Both the position numbers and the translations under genes were made by a program. Of a DNA stretch of 64,000 nucleotides, positions 1-17,068 are shown in pieces. Location: contig CM022668.1 of NCBI GenBank assembly GCA_012295275.1, positions 12,152,001 through 12,216,000 on the forward strand, written 5' to 3'. The stretch's first letter is position 1; every line of letters starts with the position of its first letter. The notes below the pieces were generated by a model, which made no database searches, was not told the DNA's origin, and was given only the letters and a program-made list of their open reading frames with translations. The stretch comes from Chrysomallon squamiferum (lineage: Eukaryota; Animalia; Mollusca).

Positions 1-79
1 AGTGTGTCTCTTTTTTTCTATTTTTCTCACTATCTCTGTTTCTTTTTCTATTTTCTTTCTTTTCTTTTTTTCTCTTTTT

Positions 80-3270
<3,191 letters not shown>

Positions 3271-3557
3271 TATATGTACATACTGATATACTTGGTCAAA
3301 CAGACTGTCTGCTAAGTTTAGAAATCACATATAAAAAAAGCCACTTGTTTCTGAAGTAATATTACACCTCCAGGTCTTAATAACACTTGTATTTCACATC
3401 TGTACCATATGTTACTGTATTTCATATCGAAAAAACATGTGTGACTAAGAAAATAGAACACGATCCTAACTGTTAAGAAAATAAATGAATATTTGTTTAT
3501 GAACACATGAATGCATTTAAATCTAAAAAAAAAATTGTATATCTAACGTGAATTTTG

Positions 3558-3588
<31 letters not shown>

Positions 3589-3810
3589 AAGATACAAGAA
3601 GAATCAGAAGACATTTCTGAATTTTATGTCTCACCATTGTGCAAATATTCTCTACAGCATGAGCTAAGGAAAAATTCTTTGTTATAATGTTCAAAACGTA
3701 TTAAGTTATTTGTATGATATGAAGCAGTCTGTATCCAACAAAGGCAAACGTATATATTTAGCATATATTTAGAACAAACAGAAACACATGTATACCCACC
3801 ATACGCAAAT

Positions 3811-3847
<37 letters not shown>

Positions 3848-3907
3848 CACACAGAACATACGCACATGCACACATAGAACATATGCACATGCACACATAC
3901 CTACATA

Positions 3908-3939
<32 letters not shown>

Positions 3940-5293
3940 GATGCACAAATTCAAACAACAGATATACACAGACAGACACACACACATCCACATACATACA
4001 AAGACACACACAAACACAAACACCAGAAGAAAAAAACCAAAAAAAAACCTATCTGAAATAAAATAGCTGGAGGCAATAAGACAATAAATACCACAGCTAA
4101 TATTCTTAACTTCCAAGACGAAACTGACAAGAAGCAAGTCTAGCTCTTCAGGTATCCAAGATTACGATGTTATGAGGCTTCTGCCAGATACTCACCTTGG
4201 ATACCGGGAGAGAGGCTGCTGCCACAGAAACCAGAAATAGCCATGGAAAATGGAAGTTTTGGCAGAGGCTGGAACCATTAGGAATAACTGAGGAGATAAG
4301 ATTATTGCAGCAGCAGTCTGTGCACTGGCCACAGATGACCTTAAAAGTTCAAAAAGAAATAAACTTGATTTCGGAAGCATTATATTTTTGATGAAAACTA
4401 TAAATTTACTTTTGAAAGAGTTTTGTTTCAAATGAAGAAAGTTAAACAGAATTTCTAAAGATTTTATGAGATCGTAAATTTAAAATTTGACTGTTTTGTT
4501 GTTTTTTTTTTGTTTTTTTTATGAACATAATAAAACTTAATTTCAAAAGAGATTGTTCTTTTTTTTAAAAATGGAAATGATAAATTTAATTTTTGACATG
4601 TTTTGATTTTAATGAGAATAATAAATTTGCTTTTAGAATATATATATATATTTTTTTGATATTTTTATTAAAGCTGTAATCTGGTTGATTTTTTTATTTT
4701 TTATTTTATTTTTTTTAACAAACCTTATCTAAACCTTACTTTATACTCTCCATTTAATATGTATAGAATAAAACAGTAATCTTGGTTTTACTTAAAATCA
4801 TAACAAAATTTTTTTTTTGAAGGATTACATTTTTAATAAAACAAATTAATCATGTACTCTGCTGTATATATTCCAGCTGTAGGTCTTCTTTCAAGTATTT
4901 ATTCAGGTACAAGACATTTTTATAAATATTCCTCTACAAGACGATATCTTACTCTTCTGTACAGTTGCATTTACAAATTTTAAGAAGAATTTTATACTGA
5001 ATTAAATGAGTAAATATTATTAAAAAAAAAGGTGTAATATTATACCAGCATAAAATAAACTTTGTTTGAGATGAATAAATTTTAAAATTAAAACAGTAAT
5101 GGTTACATTTCTGAATTGAGGTATTAGGAGTTTCAGGTTTGATCTGTTTCTGTGTAGACCAGTTCTTTAGATATTCCTCATTTCAAATTTGTAAACTTTG
5201 TTTTACATGAATTTTAATTTTAATAATAAGTGTATGTATATGTGTGTGTGTGTGTGTCTTTTTTCTGTATATGTGTTTTATGTGTGTGAGTTA

Positions 5294-5341
<48 letters not shown>

Positions 5342-5464
5342 GTGCATGTGTGTATGAGTGAGTTAGAGAGTGTGTGAGTGTTTGTGTTTGTGTGTGCAAG
5401 GATATGAATGTGTTTGTAAGTAAATGCACAAGTGTTTGTGTATGTGTACTAAATAAAGGAAATG

Positions 5465-5510
<46 letters not shown>

Positions 5511-5698
5511 TACATACTAAACACAAAAACACTAATAATGACATCATCACCACCATCATCATCAATTATTATTATTCTTCAAATAACTACCATCTTAATT
5601 ACTTAACCCATTCATCAAAACACTTCCACACAACCATCACCACATACAATTTTATAAATTTTAATTCATAATAAAAAAAAAAAACGTTATTTTTCCAG

Positions 5699-5890
5699 AC
5701 CAAGGAAGGAGAAGTGAAGGAGCTCCTGTCCAAAGCCGACTCCTACGCCGATGAGAATCGCTCTCAGGCCGATGTACACAGCGCCATGGCCGACACGCTG
5801 ACCGAGGCCTGGAAGGACCTTAATGACAAACTGGAATACAGAAAACACATGCTGGAGCAGAGCGTCACATTCCACAAGAGTGCTCAGGAA
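5699..5890 (+). CDS. Exon, spectrin repeat (TKEGEVKELL...FHKSAQE)
   Basis: ttccag/gtatgt, 192 nt phase 0-0. Confidence 0.9.
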
Positions 5891-6215
5891 GTATGTGCTT
5901 TAACCGTTTTTTTGCAAAAAAAAAAAAAAAAAAATTACTTTGATGGTTTGTTTGTTTGTTATTATGAGGAAATATCGGTTTTTGAGAATGTTTGTTATAA
6001 ACTAGTTTCCATGGAGATATACATACATACATATATACATACATAGATACATAAATACATACATATATACATACACAGATACATAAATACATACATACAT
6101 ACATACATACATACATACATACATACATACATACATACATACATAGATATATACATACATACATACATACGTACATAGATATATATATACATACATACAT
6201 ACATAGATATATACA

Positions 6216-6248
<33 letters not shown>

Positions 6249-6588
6249 GTATATATATTGCAAGGTGATTAAAGGTATAAGAAAATGATTTAAGATTTCT
6301 GTAAGAATTAATTTGTATCTTAGAGTATGACTGAATTATAATACAGATATAAACACAAAACAAACACAAATAGACACATAAGATAAATACAAATGTAAAA
6401 AGTGATACAAAAAGACAAACAAATACACATAAACATAAAGGAAAGGGCACACACACAAGAATTTCACATAAAATGTATACACATACATTCTTACACACAC
6501 ACACATGTATTTTTACACACAAGGATTGACAGTTACCTTGTCCGTTTTCTTCATATTAAAAATAGTATCCATTTGATCCGTATTTCAG

Positions 6589-6697
6589 CTGTCATCACAG
6601 ATGGAGATAGCCCAGACTAACTTCAGTAAGACTCCGCTAGCATCCGACGTGGAGACAGCCCGCTCCATGCTCCAGCAGCACCAAGAAATAAAACAAA
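6589..6697 (+). CDS. Exon, spectrin repeat (LSSQMEIAQTNFSKTPLASDVETARSMLQQHQEIKQ)
   Basis: tttcag/gtgaat, phase 0-1; correct frame not in ORF track. Confidence 0.85.
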
Positions 6698-7275
6698 GTG
6701 AATATTTTATATTAATTAGAAAAATTTATTAATTAATTAGTTGTTTGAGTGTTCAGCATATTCATTTTTAAATATTCAGTGTAATTATTAATTAGTTTTA
6801 TTAATTTTGAAAAATAAGCAGGAAATAAGGTTTAAATGATTAAATGATGTTGATGATGATGATGATGATAAAACATTAATAATTACAAGACAATAATAAT
6901 TTTAAAAATTGTAATAATAATACTACTAATAATAATAACTAATGAGAATAATAATGAGAAGAAGAAGAAAAAAATTAAAATAATTTTTAAAATTTTTTAA
7001 TAAAATGTTAATGATCATCATGATAATGAAAATAATAATAAAAATAATGATGTTGATAATAATAATAATAATAATAGTGCACATAAGCATGAACAGTAGT
7101 TAAATGTTTAGAAACATATATATATATATATATATATACACACAAACATTAACTCATACTTGAAATAAATCTTCGAAACGTTTTAAACAAATACCTAAAC
7201 ATTTAACACATTACCTCCCTTGTTTTAAATTTAAATATTTAAACATTTAAACTATAATTTCTCTCCTCCCACCAG

Positions 7276-7520
7276 ACATACTGGAAACATCGAAACATAC
7301 TCTCGACATGGGTCAGAATCTGCTCGATCGAATCCGAGAAATGGGTATGCATGCAGACCTACAAAACAAGCATGCCACTACTGCCGCCTGCTACGGCATA
7401 GAACACTTACTGGAGAAGCTCCACGATCGCAGACGCCACCTCGAAGAACTCATGTCACAACGGAAACACAGACTGGAACAATGCTTGCAGTTGTGTCAGC
7501 TCGACCAGGAAGTCAACAAG
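7276..7520 (+). CDS. Exon, spectrin repeat (ILETSKHTLDMGQNLL...DQEVNK)
   Basis: caccag/gtaagg, phase 1-0. Confidence 0.9.
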
Positions 7521-7588
7521 GTAAGGGAGGTAATTGTGGGAGAACGGAGGAGAAAGGGGATAGAGTTATCTTTCTTGATGTTAAATTA

Positions 7589-7619
<31 letters not shown>

Positions 7620-7623
<4 letters not shown>

Positions 7624-8180
7624 TGTGTTTGGATAGGCAGTAACTGGATGTTATCTGTCTTGGATGTTAAATTAGAAAGTGGTGTTTGTTTGTTTGTGTG
7701 TTTGGATAGGCAGTAACTGAATGTTATCTGTCTTGAATGTTAAATTGGAAAGTGTTTTTTTTTGTTGTGTGTTTGGATAGGCAGTAACTGGATGTTATCT
7801 GTCTTCATGTTAAATTGGAAAGTGTTGTTTTTTGTGTGTTTTGACTTTGGATAGGCAGTAACTGGATGTTATCTGTCTTCATGTTAAATTGGAAAGTGTT
7901 ATTTTTTTGTGTGTGTGTTTGGATAGACAGTAACTGAGTGTTATCTGTCTTGGATGTTAAATTAGAAAGTGGTGTTTGTTTGTGTGTGTGTGTTTGGATA
8001 GGCAGTAATTGAATGTTATCTGTCTTGAATGTTAAATTAGAAAGTGTTGATTTTTTTGTTTTTTTGTTTGGATAGGCAGTAACTGAATGTTATCTGTCTT
8101 CATGTTAAATTGGAAAGTGTTGTTTTTGTGTGTGTGTGTGTTTGGATAGGCAGTAATTGAGTGTTATCTGTCTTGAATTT
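7620..8180. repeat. Minisatellite, ~72-bp unit, ~8 copies
   Basis: GGATAGGCAGTAACTGGATGTTATCTGTCTT...GTTAAATT recurs at about 7631, 7704, 7775, 7849, 7921, 7996, 8069, 8144. Confidence 0.9.
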
Positions 8181-8712
8181 GTTTTAGAGATAATAAGGAC
8201 AATGAAGAGAAAATTATTTATCTTAAGGTTTTTTTTCCCTTAAGGAAAGATGGAAATGAAAGAGTGGGAAGGATGGATAAAGAGATAAATAAATTTAGAA
8301 AGATATTTATATATGTTTGTAGAGATAGAGATGTAGACAGAGATATATAACAAATAAAAGATGGAGAGAGAGATAAAGAGAAAAAAAGAAAGAAAGAAAT
8401 ACCTGTCTGTATGTGTGTTTGTGTGTGTGTGTATAGAAAGAGACAGACAGAGACATGGATAGAGAGAAAGAAAGTCAGAGATAAGGTTTCCAAGTGGCCT
8501 CTACATATTGTTTGAAACTGAATAAACAATTATGCATTCATATATTACAATTTTTAATAACAAAATGTATCTCACTGAATATTGTATATGTACAATGAGT
8601 TTTTATCATGCTACTACTATATATTTGCCATATCTAACACTGATAATATAACACTGAGCATATTAAATATTCTGTCTATGTGTCGTATCTAACCGTGGTA
8701 AAAACATTTCAG

Positions 8713-8832
8713 ATTTTAGAATGGTTCCACACTGTGGGCAGCACTTACCTTCAGAACACCGATCTGGGTTACTCCTACCAGACTGCCAAGCAAATACAGG
8801 ACGAACACTCACGATTTGAACAACAAGCTGCC
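8713..8832 (+). CDS. Exon, spectrin repeat (ILEWFHTVGSTYLQNTDLGYSYQTAKQIQDEHSRFEQQAA)
   Basis: tttcag/gtaagt, 120 nt phase 0-0. Confidence 0.9.
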
Positions 8833-9229
8833 GTAAGTGATTAGTAGATTAGTGATTAAGTGATCAGTAGATTAATGATTAAGTGATCAGTAGATTAGTG
8901 ATTAAGTGATTAATAGATTATTAATTGATTAGTAGATTAGTGATTGAGTTATTAGTAGATTGGTAATTAAGTGATTAGTAATTAAGTGATTAAGTAATTT
9001 TTAAGTCTGGAATCATTATATTGTTATATATGTTGACGCTTTAAATATTAAGTGTTAATAAATACCATGAATACAGTTTTTCTATTACTAAGATTTAATC
9101 CAGAGACAATTGTATTCACTGTAAATGCTTTAAACAGTTTATAGAACTATATTCCGTAACTCATAACAGTGAGCATGCAGTGACTCAAATATTACAAAAT
9201 GAAATATAAATATTGTGACAAAGATACAA

Positions 9230-9500
9230 TACCTGAAATATTACACACTATAAGGATGCAATAACTGAAATATTACATACTACAAGGATACAATATCTGA
9301 AATATTAAACACTATAAGGAAGCAATAACTGAAATATTACACACGACAAGGATACAATAACTGAAATATTATACATTGTAAGGATGCAATAACTGAAATA
9401 TTATACACTACAAGGATACAATAACTGAAATATTACATACTACAAGGATACAATAACTGAAATATTACACACTACAAGGATACAATAACTGAAATACTGT
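9230..9500. repeat. Minisatellite, 32-bp unit (CTGAAATATTACACACTACAAGGATACAATAA)
   Basis: Direct tandem copies just upstream of an acceptor. Confidence 0.9.
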
Positions 9501-9526
9501 ACACACTTTATTACGATACTTCACAG

Positions 9527-9718
9527 GAGATGCAGTCAACGATGATGCAACTGATCCGGACCGTTGACCAGCTGCTGCGACGGGCGAGTCTCGACGCAGA
9601 GGGCGTGCGACAACGGCTGCAGCACGTTGACGAGGAGTGTGAGAACTTCATGGTCAGCATGGACAACAGAAGAAAGAACATCTCAACATCCGTGTCTTTC
9701 TTCAACCAAGCAGAAACG
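9527..9718 (+). CDS. Exon, spectrin repeat (EMQSTMMQL...FFNQAET)
   Basis: tcacag/gtaaat, 192 nt phase 0-0. Confidence 0.9.
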
Positions 9719-10187
9719 GTAAATCTTCTTCTTCTTTTATCTTCACTGTTCTTTGTTCTTTTATCTTCATTGTTCTTCTTTTATCTTCTTTGTTCTTCTT
9801 CTTTTATCTTCTTTTATCTTCATTGTTCTTTTATCTTCTTTTATCTTCATTGTTCTTTTATCTTCCTTATCATCATTGTTCTTCTTTTCTTTTATCTATT
9901 GTTCTTCTTTTATCTTCATTGTTCTTTTATCTTTTTATCTTCTTTTATCTTCATTGTTCTTTGTGTATCTTTGTTGTTCTACTCTCACCTTAATTGGTTT
10001 TTTTCTTTTATTTTCATTCTTTTTCATGTCTCTTCATTGTTGTACTACTCTTATCTTCATTGATCCTTCATCATCATCATCATCAACATCACTGTCATTA
10101 TCATCAATTATGATATTTCATCATCATCATCATCAACATTATTATACATACATATATATATATTTAAATGTGCTGTTTTTTTCCCAG

Positions 10188-10385
10188 GCTCTAACACAAC
10201 TGGATCAGATTGAAGTCCAACTGAACACCTCGGACTTGCCACGTAACAGCGCAGAGCTTGCCGAGCGACATGCACAGCTGTCTAACGCCATTGTGGAGGT
10301 GTCCACGTCGGCTCTCCTCGAGGGTCGTGTCCTACTAGAGAGGGTCAGTAGGATCGATCCCGGAGCCGATGGCGTCAGACGGAAG
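10188..10385 (+). CDS. Exon, spectrin repeat (ALTQLDQIE...DGVRRK)
   Basis: tcccag/gtgaga, 198 nt phase 0-0. Confidence 0.9.
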
Positions 10386-10540
10386 GTGAGAAGATTTTGA
10401 TTGTTTTAATTTTTATATCTTTTTTTAAAATGTTAAATTTTTTTTTTTTTTTTTAAATGCTGTTGTTGTTGTTGTTATTGTATTATTGTTGATAGTATGT
10501 AGTTATTATTATAATTATTATTATTATTATTATTATTATA

Positions 10541-10587
<47 letters not shown>

Positions 10588-10707
10588 TACTACTGCTGCT
10601 GTTGTTGTTGTTGTTGTTGTTATTATCCATATTATCATTAATACAAAATATATTATGGAAAAATCCCACAATAAATAAGTAAAGAAAGAAAGAAGGAAAC
10701 AAACAAA

Positions 10708-11405
10708 CAGCTCACTATGTTATACTTGTGTTTATCTCACAGCTCACTATGTTATACTTGTGATTATCTCACAGCTGACTATGTTATACTTGTGTTTATC
10801 TCACAGCTCATGTTATACTTGTATTTATCTCAGCTATGTTATACTTGTGTTTATCTCACAGCTGACTATGTTATACTTGTATTTATCTCAGCTATGTTAT
10901 ACTTGTATTTATCTCACAGCTGACAGTGTTATACTTGTGTTTATCTCACAGCTGACTATGTTATACTTGTGTTTATCTCACAGCTGACTGTTATACTTGT
11001 GTTTATCTCATAGCTGACTATATTATACTTGTATTTATCTCACAGCTGTTATATTTGTGTTTATCTCACAGCTGACTATGTTACACTTGTTTATCTCACA
11101 GCTGACTGTTATACTTGTGTTTATCTCACAGCTGACTATGTTATACTTGTGTTTATCTCACAGCTATGTTATACTTGTGTTTATCTCACAGCTGACTGTG
11201 TTATACTTGTGTTTATCTCACAGCTGATGTTATACTTGTGTTTATCTCACAGCTGACTGTTATACTTGTGTTTATCTCACAGCTGATTATGTTATACTTG
11301 TGTTTATCTCACACCTGACTGTGTTATACTTGTGTTTATCTCACAGATGGATGAGCTTGATGTTTTATCTCACAGCTGACTGTTATACTTGTGTTTATCT
11401 CACAG
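10708..11405 (+). repeat. Minisatellite of ~26-32 bp made from an intron 3' end (CTGACTATGTTATACTTGTGTTTATCTCACAG), ~20 copies
   Basis: Each full unit is a CTGAC branch-like motif, a pyrimidine-rich tract and CAG. Confidence 0.9.
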
Positions 11406-11436
11406 CCTGGGACTATATTAGGAGAAATTCAACAGT
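11347..11436 (+). CDS. Damaged or garbled exon (MDELD...EKFNS) whose interior is replaced by minisatellite sequence
   Basis: cacag|ATGGATGAGCTTGAT start and GAGAAATTCAACAGT|gtaagt end, 90 nt in frame, but with internal TGA and TAG; fills the missing helix between DGVRRK and LFTW. Confidence 0.55.
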
Positions 11437-11594
11437 GTAAGTCTCAACCTAGTTCTTATCTCCATTACAGCTAGAATAGTTATAATACTTGTTAGTTACT
11501 AGAACACTTTTAACACTTTTATACTTGCTGAATTTATTTATAATACTTTTAATACTTACTAGAATATTTATAATTTGTTTTATCTCACAGATGG

Positions 11595-11920
11595 ATGTAA
11601 TACTTTTAGTACTGACTTAGAATACTTATAATACTTTTAGTACTGACTTAGAATGTTATAATACTTTTAGTACTTAGCTAGAATACTTATAATAGTTTCA
11701 GTACCTACCTATAATCTTTTAGTACTGACTTAGAATTCATAATAGTTTTAGTCTCAAATACTTAGTTTCAGACTCTTATAATACTTTTAGTACTTACTTA
11801 GAATACTTATAATACTTTTAGTACTTAGCTAGAATATTTATAATACTTTTAATACTTTTAGTACTTACTTAGAATACTTATAATAATTTTAGTACTTACT
11901 TAGAATACTTATAATACTTT
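11595..11920. repeat. Minisatellite, ~31-bp unit (TACTTTTAGTACTTACTTAGAATACTTATAA)
   Basis: Tandem degenerate copies. Confidence 0.8.
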
Positions 11921-12215
11921 TAGAGAGAGAGAGAGTTTGCATAATTTAAATTCAGATTTAATATTACCTGTTGTTGCTTCCATTATCTGAGCTGAAAATT
12001 ATGTTACCTAGAATAACCTTTTTATTATTATTTGTTTTAATATTTATGCATTTACCTTAATTCACCTACCTATACTGTTTAACTTTAATTTAACTAAGAA
12101 ATTAATTTTTAAAATTTATTCCTGTATCCATCTACATTATTTAAATTTAGGCTGTTCCTGAATGCAGAATTCAAATATCAAAGTTACCTGAATTGTTTTT
12201 GGTTTTTTTCCTCAG

Positions 12216-12338
12216 TTGTTTACCTGGATGACACAAATAGGTCAGGCTACACTCAGTCGTCATGGAAACATCGGAACAAGCCTTACCAGTGCCAAAGATT
12301 TTCTTGAAATACATGAGCAGCTGGATGAAGACATACGA
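12216..12338 (+). CDS. Exon, spectrin repeat (LFTWMTQIGQATLSRHGNIGTSLTSAKDFLEIHEQLDEDIR)
   Basis: cctcag/gtatgt, 123 nt phase 0-0. Confidence 0.9.
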
Positions 12339-12485
12339 GTATGTGTATCATTTAAATTATGCAAATTGCAGGGGTCAAAGTGACAAGACACACCCCCATA
12401 TCATGTCATTTGTCAGCAGATGTCGAAATTCTGCTTTTTGTTGTTATTATACTATATTTATTATTATTATTACTACTACTACTAC

Positions 12486-12566
<81 letters not shown>

Positions 12567-12731
12567 CATCATCATCATTATTATTATTATTCTCTAATTA
12601 TTTTCTTTTGTTTTCTTTCTTATTTTTATTTTTTGTCATCATCATCATCATCATCATTAAACCATTATTACTACTACTACTACTACCATAACTATTTTTT
12701 TCTACTACCACTACAACTGTAGCTACTTCTT

Positions 12732-12769
<38 letters not shown>

Positions 12770-12799
12770 GCTGTAACATATGTTTTTTTTCTTCCTCAG

Positions 12800-12991
12800 G
12801 ACAAAAATGCGGAAATCGATTCTTTAGCTGACGCGGTTGTCAACCTGGTCAAGTCAGGGGACCAGGAGGCATCGTCTGCGGCAGAGAAGGTCGACTCAAT
12901 GCGTGTACAACTACATCGTCTTCACAACATCACGGAGAACCGCATACATCTAGCTTTGCTCTATGTCTCCTTCCTCAGGCTCTCACAACAG
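12800..12991 (+). CDS. Exon, spectrin repeat (DKNAEIDSL...FLRLSQQ)
   Basis: cctcag/gtaact, 192 nt phase 0-0. Confidence 0.9.
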
Positions 12992-13294
12992 GTAACTCTA
13001 AAGTAAAGCGTCAGAGTTGTGTCCTCTTGGGTTTAGCTGTGTGTCAGAGTTGTGTGCTCTTGGGTTTAGCTGTGTGTCAGAGTTGTGTCCTCTTGGATTT
13101 AGCTGTTTTACAAAGAATTTTTGGTTTTTCTGTATATTTTAATGATTGTTAAAATTTGTTGTAATTTATTTTTAGGGTATTTTCTTTTTGATTAGTTGTT
13201 TTTAATTCTAATATATATAATTCTCTTCTGAATTTGTGTTTAAAATTTACAATTTTAGCATGTAACTGTTTTTATTCATTTATATTGTCAAATT

Positions 13295-13665
13295 ATTAAA
13301 ACAATATATTAAAACAAAGTGTTAAAACAACATCTTAAAACATTTTATTAAAACAAAGTATTAAAACAACATATTAAAACAGTTTATTAAAACAGTGTAT
13401 TAAAACTAAGTAATAAAACAATGTATTAAAACAGTATATTAAAACAATGTATTAAAACAGTATATTAAAACAAACTTAAAACAAACTATTAAAACAGTGT
13501 ATTAAACAATGTACTAAAACAAAGTACTGAAACTATATTAAAACAGTGTATTACAAGAAAATATTAAAACAGAGTATTAAAACAATGTATTAAAACAAAG
13601 TAAAACAAAGTATTAAAACAATGTATTAAACCACTATATTAAAACAATGTAACACAATGTATTAA
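13295..13665. repeat. Short-period (~14-15 bp) TATTAAAACAxxG array; a 33-bp x3 repeat lies at 13011-13105
   Basis: Tandem copies visible. Confidence 0.8.
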
Positions 13666-13679
13666 ACTGCTGTTTTTAG

Positions 13680-13850
13680 CTGGCCAGTAACATGGACAGC
13701 CTGGAACACATCGTGCGCTCAGAAACAGAAGATCTGCAGGAACTAACTGATGCTGCACTTCTTCACACACAAGAACTGTACAACAAGGCGCACCAAACAT
13801 TTTCGGAATTCGATGAAAAGGGCAAAACATTTTTGCAAAATTCAGCAACG
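13680..13850 (+). CDS. Exon, spectrin repeat (LASNMDSLE...LQNSAT)
   Basis: ttttag/gtttgt, 171 nt phase 0-0. Confidence 0.85.
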
Positions 13851-14459
13851 GTTTGTACAAAAAAAAATTCAAATTTTAAGAATTTATTGTGATAGTCATT
13901 ATATTGTTAGAGTAACAATGAAAATTTTGTAAATGTCTTTTTTTCTTTTAAAAAAATATATTTGTTGATTTAAAAATACTTTTATTGTATTTTTAGTGTT
14001 GCATTTATTGTTCTTGCTATTTTCATTATTTTTGTTTTTCTTTTCCTTATTGTTACTTGTTTCATGTTTGTTATTGTTTTTGTCATTATTGTTGTAATTA
14101 TTATGACTATTATTACTATGAAGACTATTATTATTATTATTACCATTATAATGTTATTGTTATTATTAATTCTATTATTATTATTATTACCATTATAATG
14201 TTATTGTTATTATTAATTCTATTATTATTATTATTATTATTGTTATTATTATTATCATTATTAGCATTTTAATGTTGTTATTTGTAATGCTATTATTATT
14301 GTTATTATTCGTTATTACTATTATTATTACTTTATTATTATTACTTTTTTTACTATTATTATTATTATTACTAATATTATTAATATTACTGCTACTATTA
14401 TTATTATTATTATTTTTATTATTATTATTGTTATTATTATTATTATTATGTTATTATTA

Positions 14460-14497
<38 letters not shown>

Positions 14498-14633
14498 GTT
14501 ATTATTATTATTATTATGTTATTATTGTTATTATTATTATTATTGTTATTATTATTTATTATGTTATTATGTTATTATGTTATTATTGTTATTATTGTTA
14601 TTATTATGTTATTATTGTTATTCCTGTGTTAAG

Positions 14634-14813
14634 GTCTCTGATGATTCTACGTTGGAGATCCGGAATGCCATCATGACGGTGGAGAAGACATTGATGGAGT
14701 CGCGAGATCGCATGACGCTGCTAACAGAGCAGTGGGAAGCATGGCAGCTTCGAGTTTCATCAAGCAAACAGTTCAAATCCCAGTGGCACCAATTTGTACA
14801 GGATGCAAGGAAG
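14634..14813 (+). CDS. Exon, spectrin repeat (VSDDSTLEIR...FVQDARK)
   Basis: gttaag/gtaatt, 180 nt phase 0-0. Confidence 0.85.
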
Positions 14814-17068
14814 GTAATTATGGCGGCCATCTTGGATTTCTTTAATTTTTAATTTAAATTTTTTGAAATTTAAATTATAGGTAGATATGATTTTTAATTT
14901 TGATTTTAATATTAATAAATAAATGAAAAAAAAGAAGAAACAATAAATAGAGAAATTTTGAATTATTATAATTAAAATAAATGTATAAAAAATGAATAAA
15001 TAGGTAAATAAATAAATAAATAAATAGGTAAATAAATAAATAAATAAATAAAGTTGAGTAATTAACATAATGAATTAATTTGTTGTGAAATATAAGTTGG
15101 ATATATTTTACTAAGTAATTAATTGTAAGTGGAAGCCATTAAGGTTTTGTTCTTAATAAATTGTTCCAAAGAAATGGTGCACCATACCATATCTTTTAAT
15201 CACAGCATTGCATATATCAAATATAGCAATAAAATAAAATAAAATAAAATAAAATAAAATAAATAAATAAACAATTTTTTTTTTAAATCAGAAATTAAAA
15301 AGTTAAAGAAGACATCATTATTTGAAATTAACATTTAAATGAAGATGATTTTAAAATAAATAATGTATATTCAAAAAAAAAATTAATTAAATACTTTATA
15401 AATAACAATATAGTTTTTAAAATTGTATGTATACTTTATAATATCATCTTAATTAACATGAATTAATTAATACTACAAATATCTAAAACTTAATTCTATT
15501 TATGTTAAAAAGTTGTGCTTTTAATAGTTATATATTAAAACTATTTTACACTGAGATACAAATGATATTCTGCATTTTAATGTAATTATTCTTTTACAGT
15601 TATTGTTGGATAAAATCAAAGTATATATGTTTTTGGTTGTTACATATATATATTTAAAATATTGTTATTAATATTATTAATCCACATGTTCATTAATATC
15701 TTTAAAATTAATTTTTAAATTTGTAATTCTTTATTTAAAATCATGACCTTTCTGATCTTTATATTCATGATTGTGAATCTAAATTGATTTTCTATTTGTG
15801 ATTGTGTATTTAATAAAAAAAAAAGTAATTTCTAAAATTAATATTTATATTTGAAATTGGGATTTTTAATTTACTTAAAATGTCATCAGTTAATTATTTA
15901 AAAAATATATTTTCTTAACATTATTTCATCAAAAAACATCCTACAATTATGAATTCAAAACAAATAAATAAAAAAGCAATGGTTTGTAAGCAAAGTGCTT
16001 AAAGTGCTTCAAATAAGTGTTGGGTGAAATTAATAAAATTGCCTCAGTAGTTTAGAAAGTTTTATTGCTTTTTAATCAGTGTTTTAATATGTAAATAATA
16101 ATGCTTAAGTGTAGATGGTAGCTTTGGAGTTTTAAATATTATGTGGTGTGACATACTGTGTAAACAAAAAACGTATTACACGTTAAAACAATATAAAAAC
16201 TAATGTTAATTAATTACAAAATATTTTTGTTAAATGTTATGTCAGTATTAATGCTTTGATGCTTAATTTATATTTTTTTTGTAGAACTTTAAACTAAGAT
16301 GTATATATATGTGTGTGTGTGTGTGTATGTGTGTTTGTATAAACACACACACACATGCACACGCACATGCACATGCACACTTCTAAAATGAGATTTATCA
16401 AAGGGTAATTTACTAATATTTACAAAATGTAAATTGTAATTGTTTATTATACATGGGTGTGGCTTTTATTGTTGTATTGTGTGATGGTGGTGGTGGTGGT
16501 GTTTAATAAACTAATAAATTAATTATTTGGTGATTTGTAGGTGTGATAAGCTGCAAATATTTTAATATTTCATTATTTTTTTATTTATATTTATTTTTAT
16601 TTTTGTTTTATTTACTTGTTTATTTACTAATTATATATATAGATATATATATATTATTTATTTATTAATTTGTTATTTATTTTATTCTGCTTTATTTTCA
16701 TTTTATTTCATATTATTCTTTCATGTTTTTAAAATTATTTTCTGCTTTATTTTAATTTTTTTAATTTAATTAGGTTTTTTCATTCTGTTTATTTATTTAT
16801 TTATTTATTTTTATATTTAGTTATATATTTATTTATTTATTTTAATTTTAATTTTATTTTTCCATTTCTGCCCATATATTCACATCTCTACCCACATATT
16901 CAAAATTCATCACATCATTAGTAAAATGGTTTCATAAACAATAAAAATTCGCTTTATATTATCATGAACACTAACATCACAGACCAAATAATTATTTTAT
17001 TAAGTTTAACTAATATCTTGATGTATGTAATATTATTCAGTATTGCACAGCTAAACAGCTTATCACAT

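Noticed and set aside
7620-8180. Repeats with variable spacers resembling a CRISPR array
   Set aside because: Eukaryotic intron; spacers are just T/GT slippage and there are no cas genes
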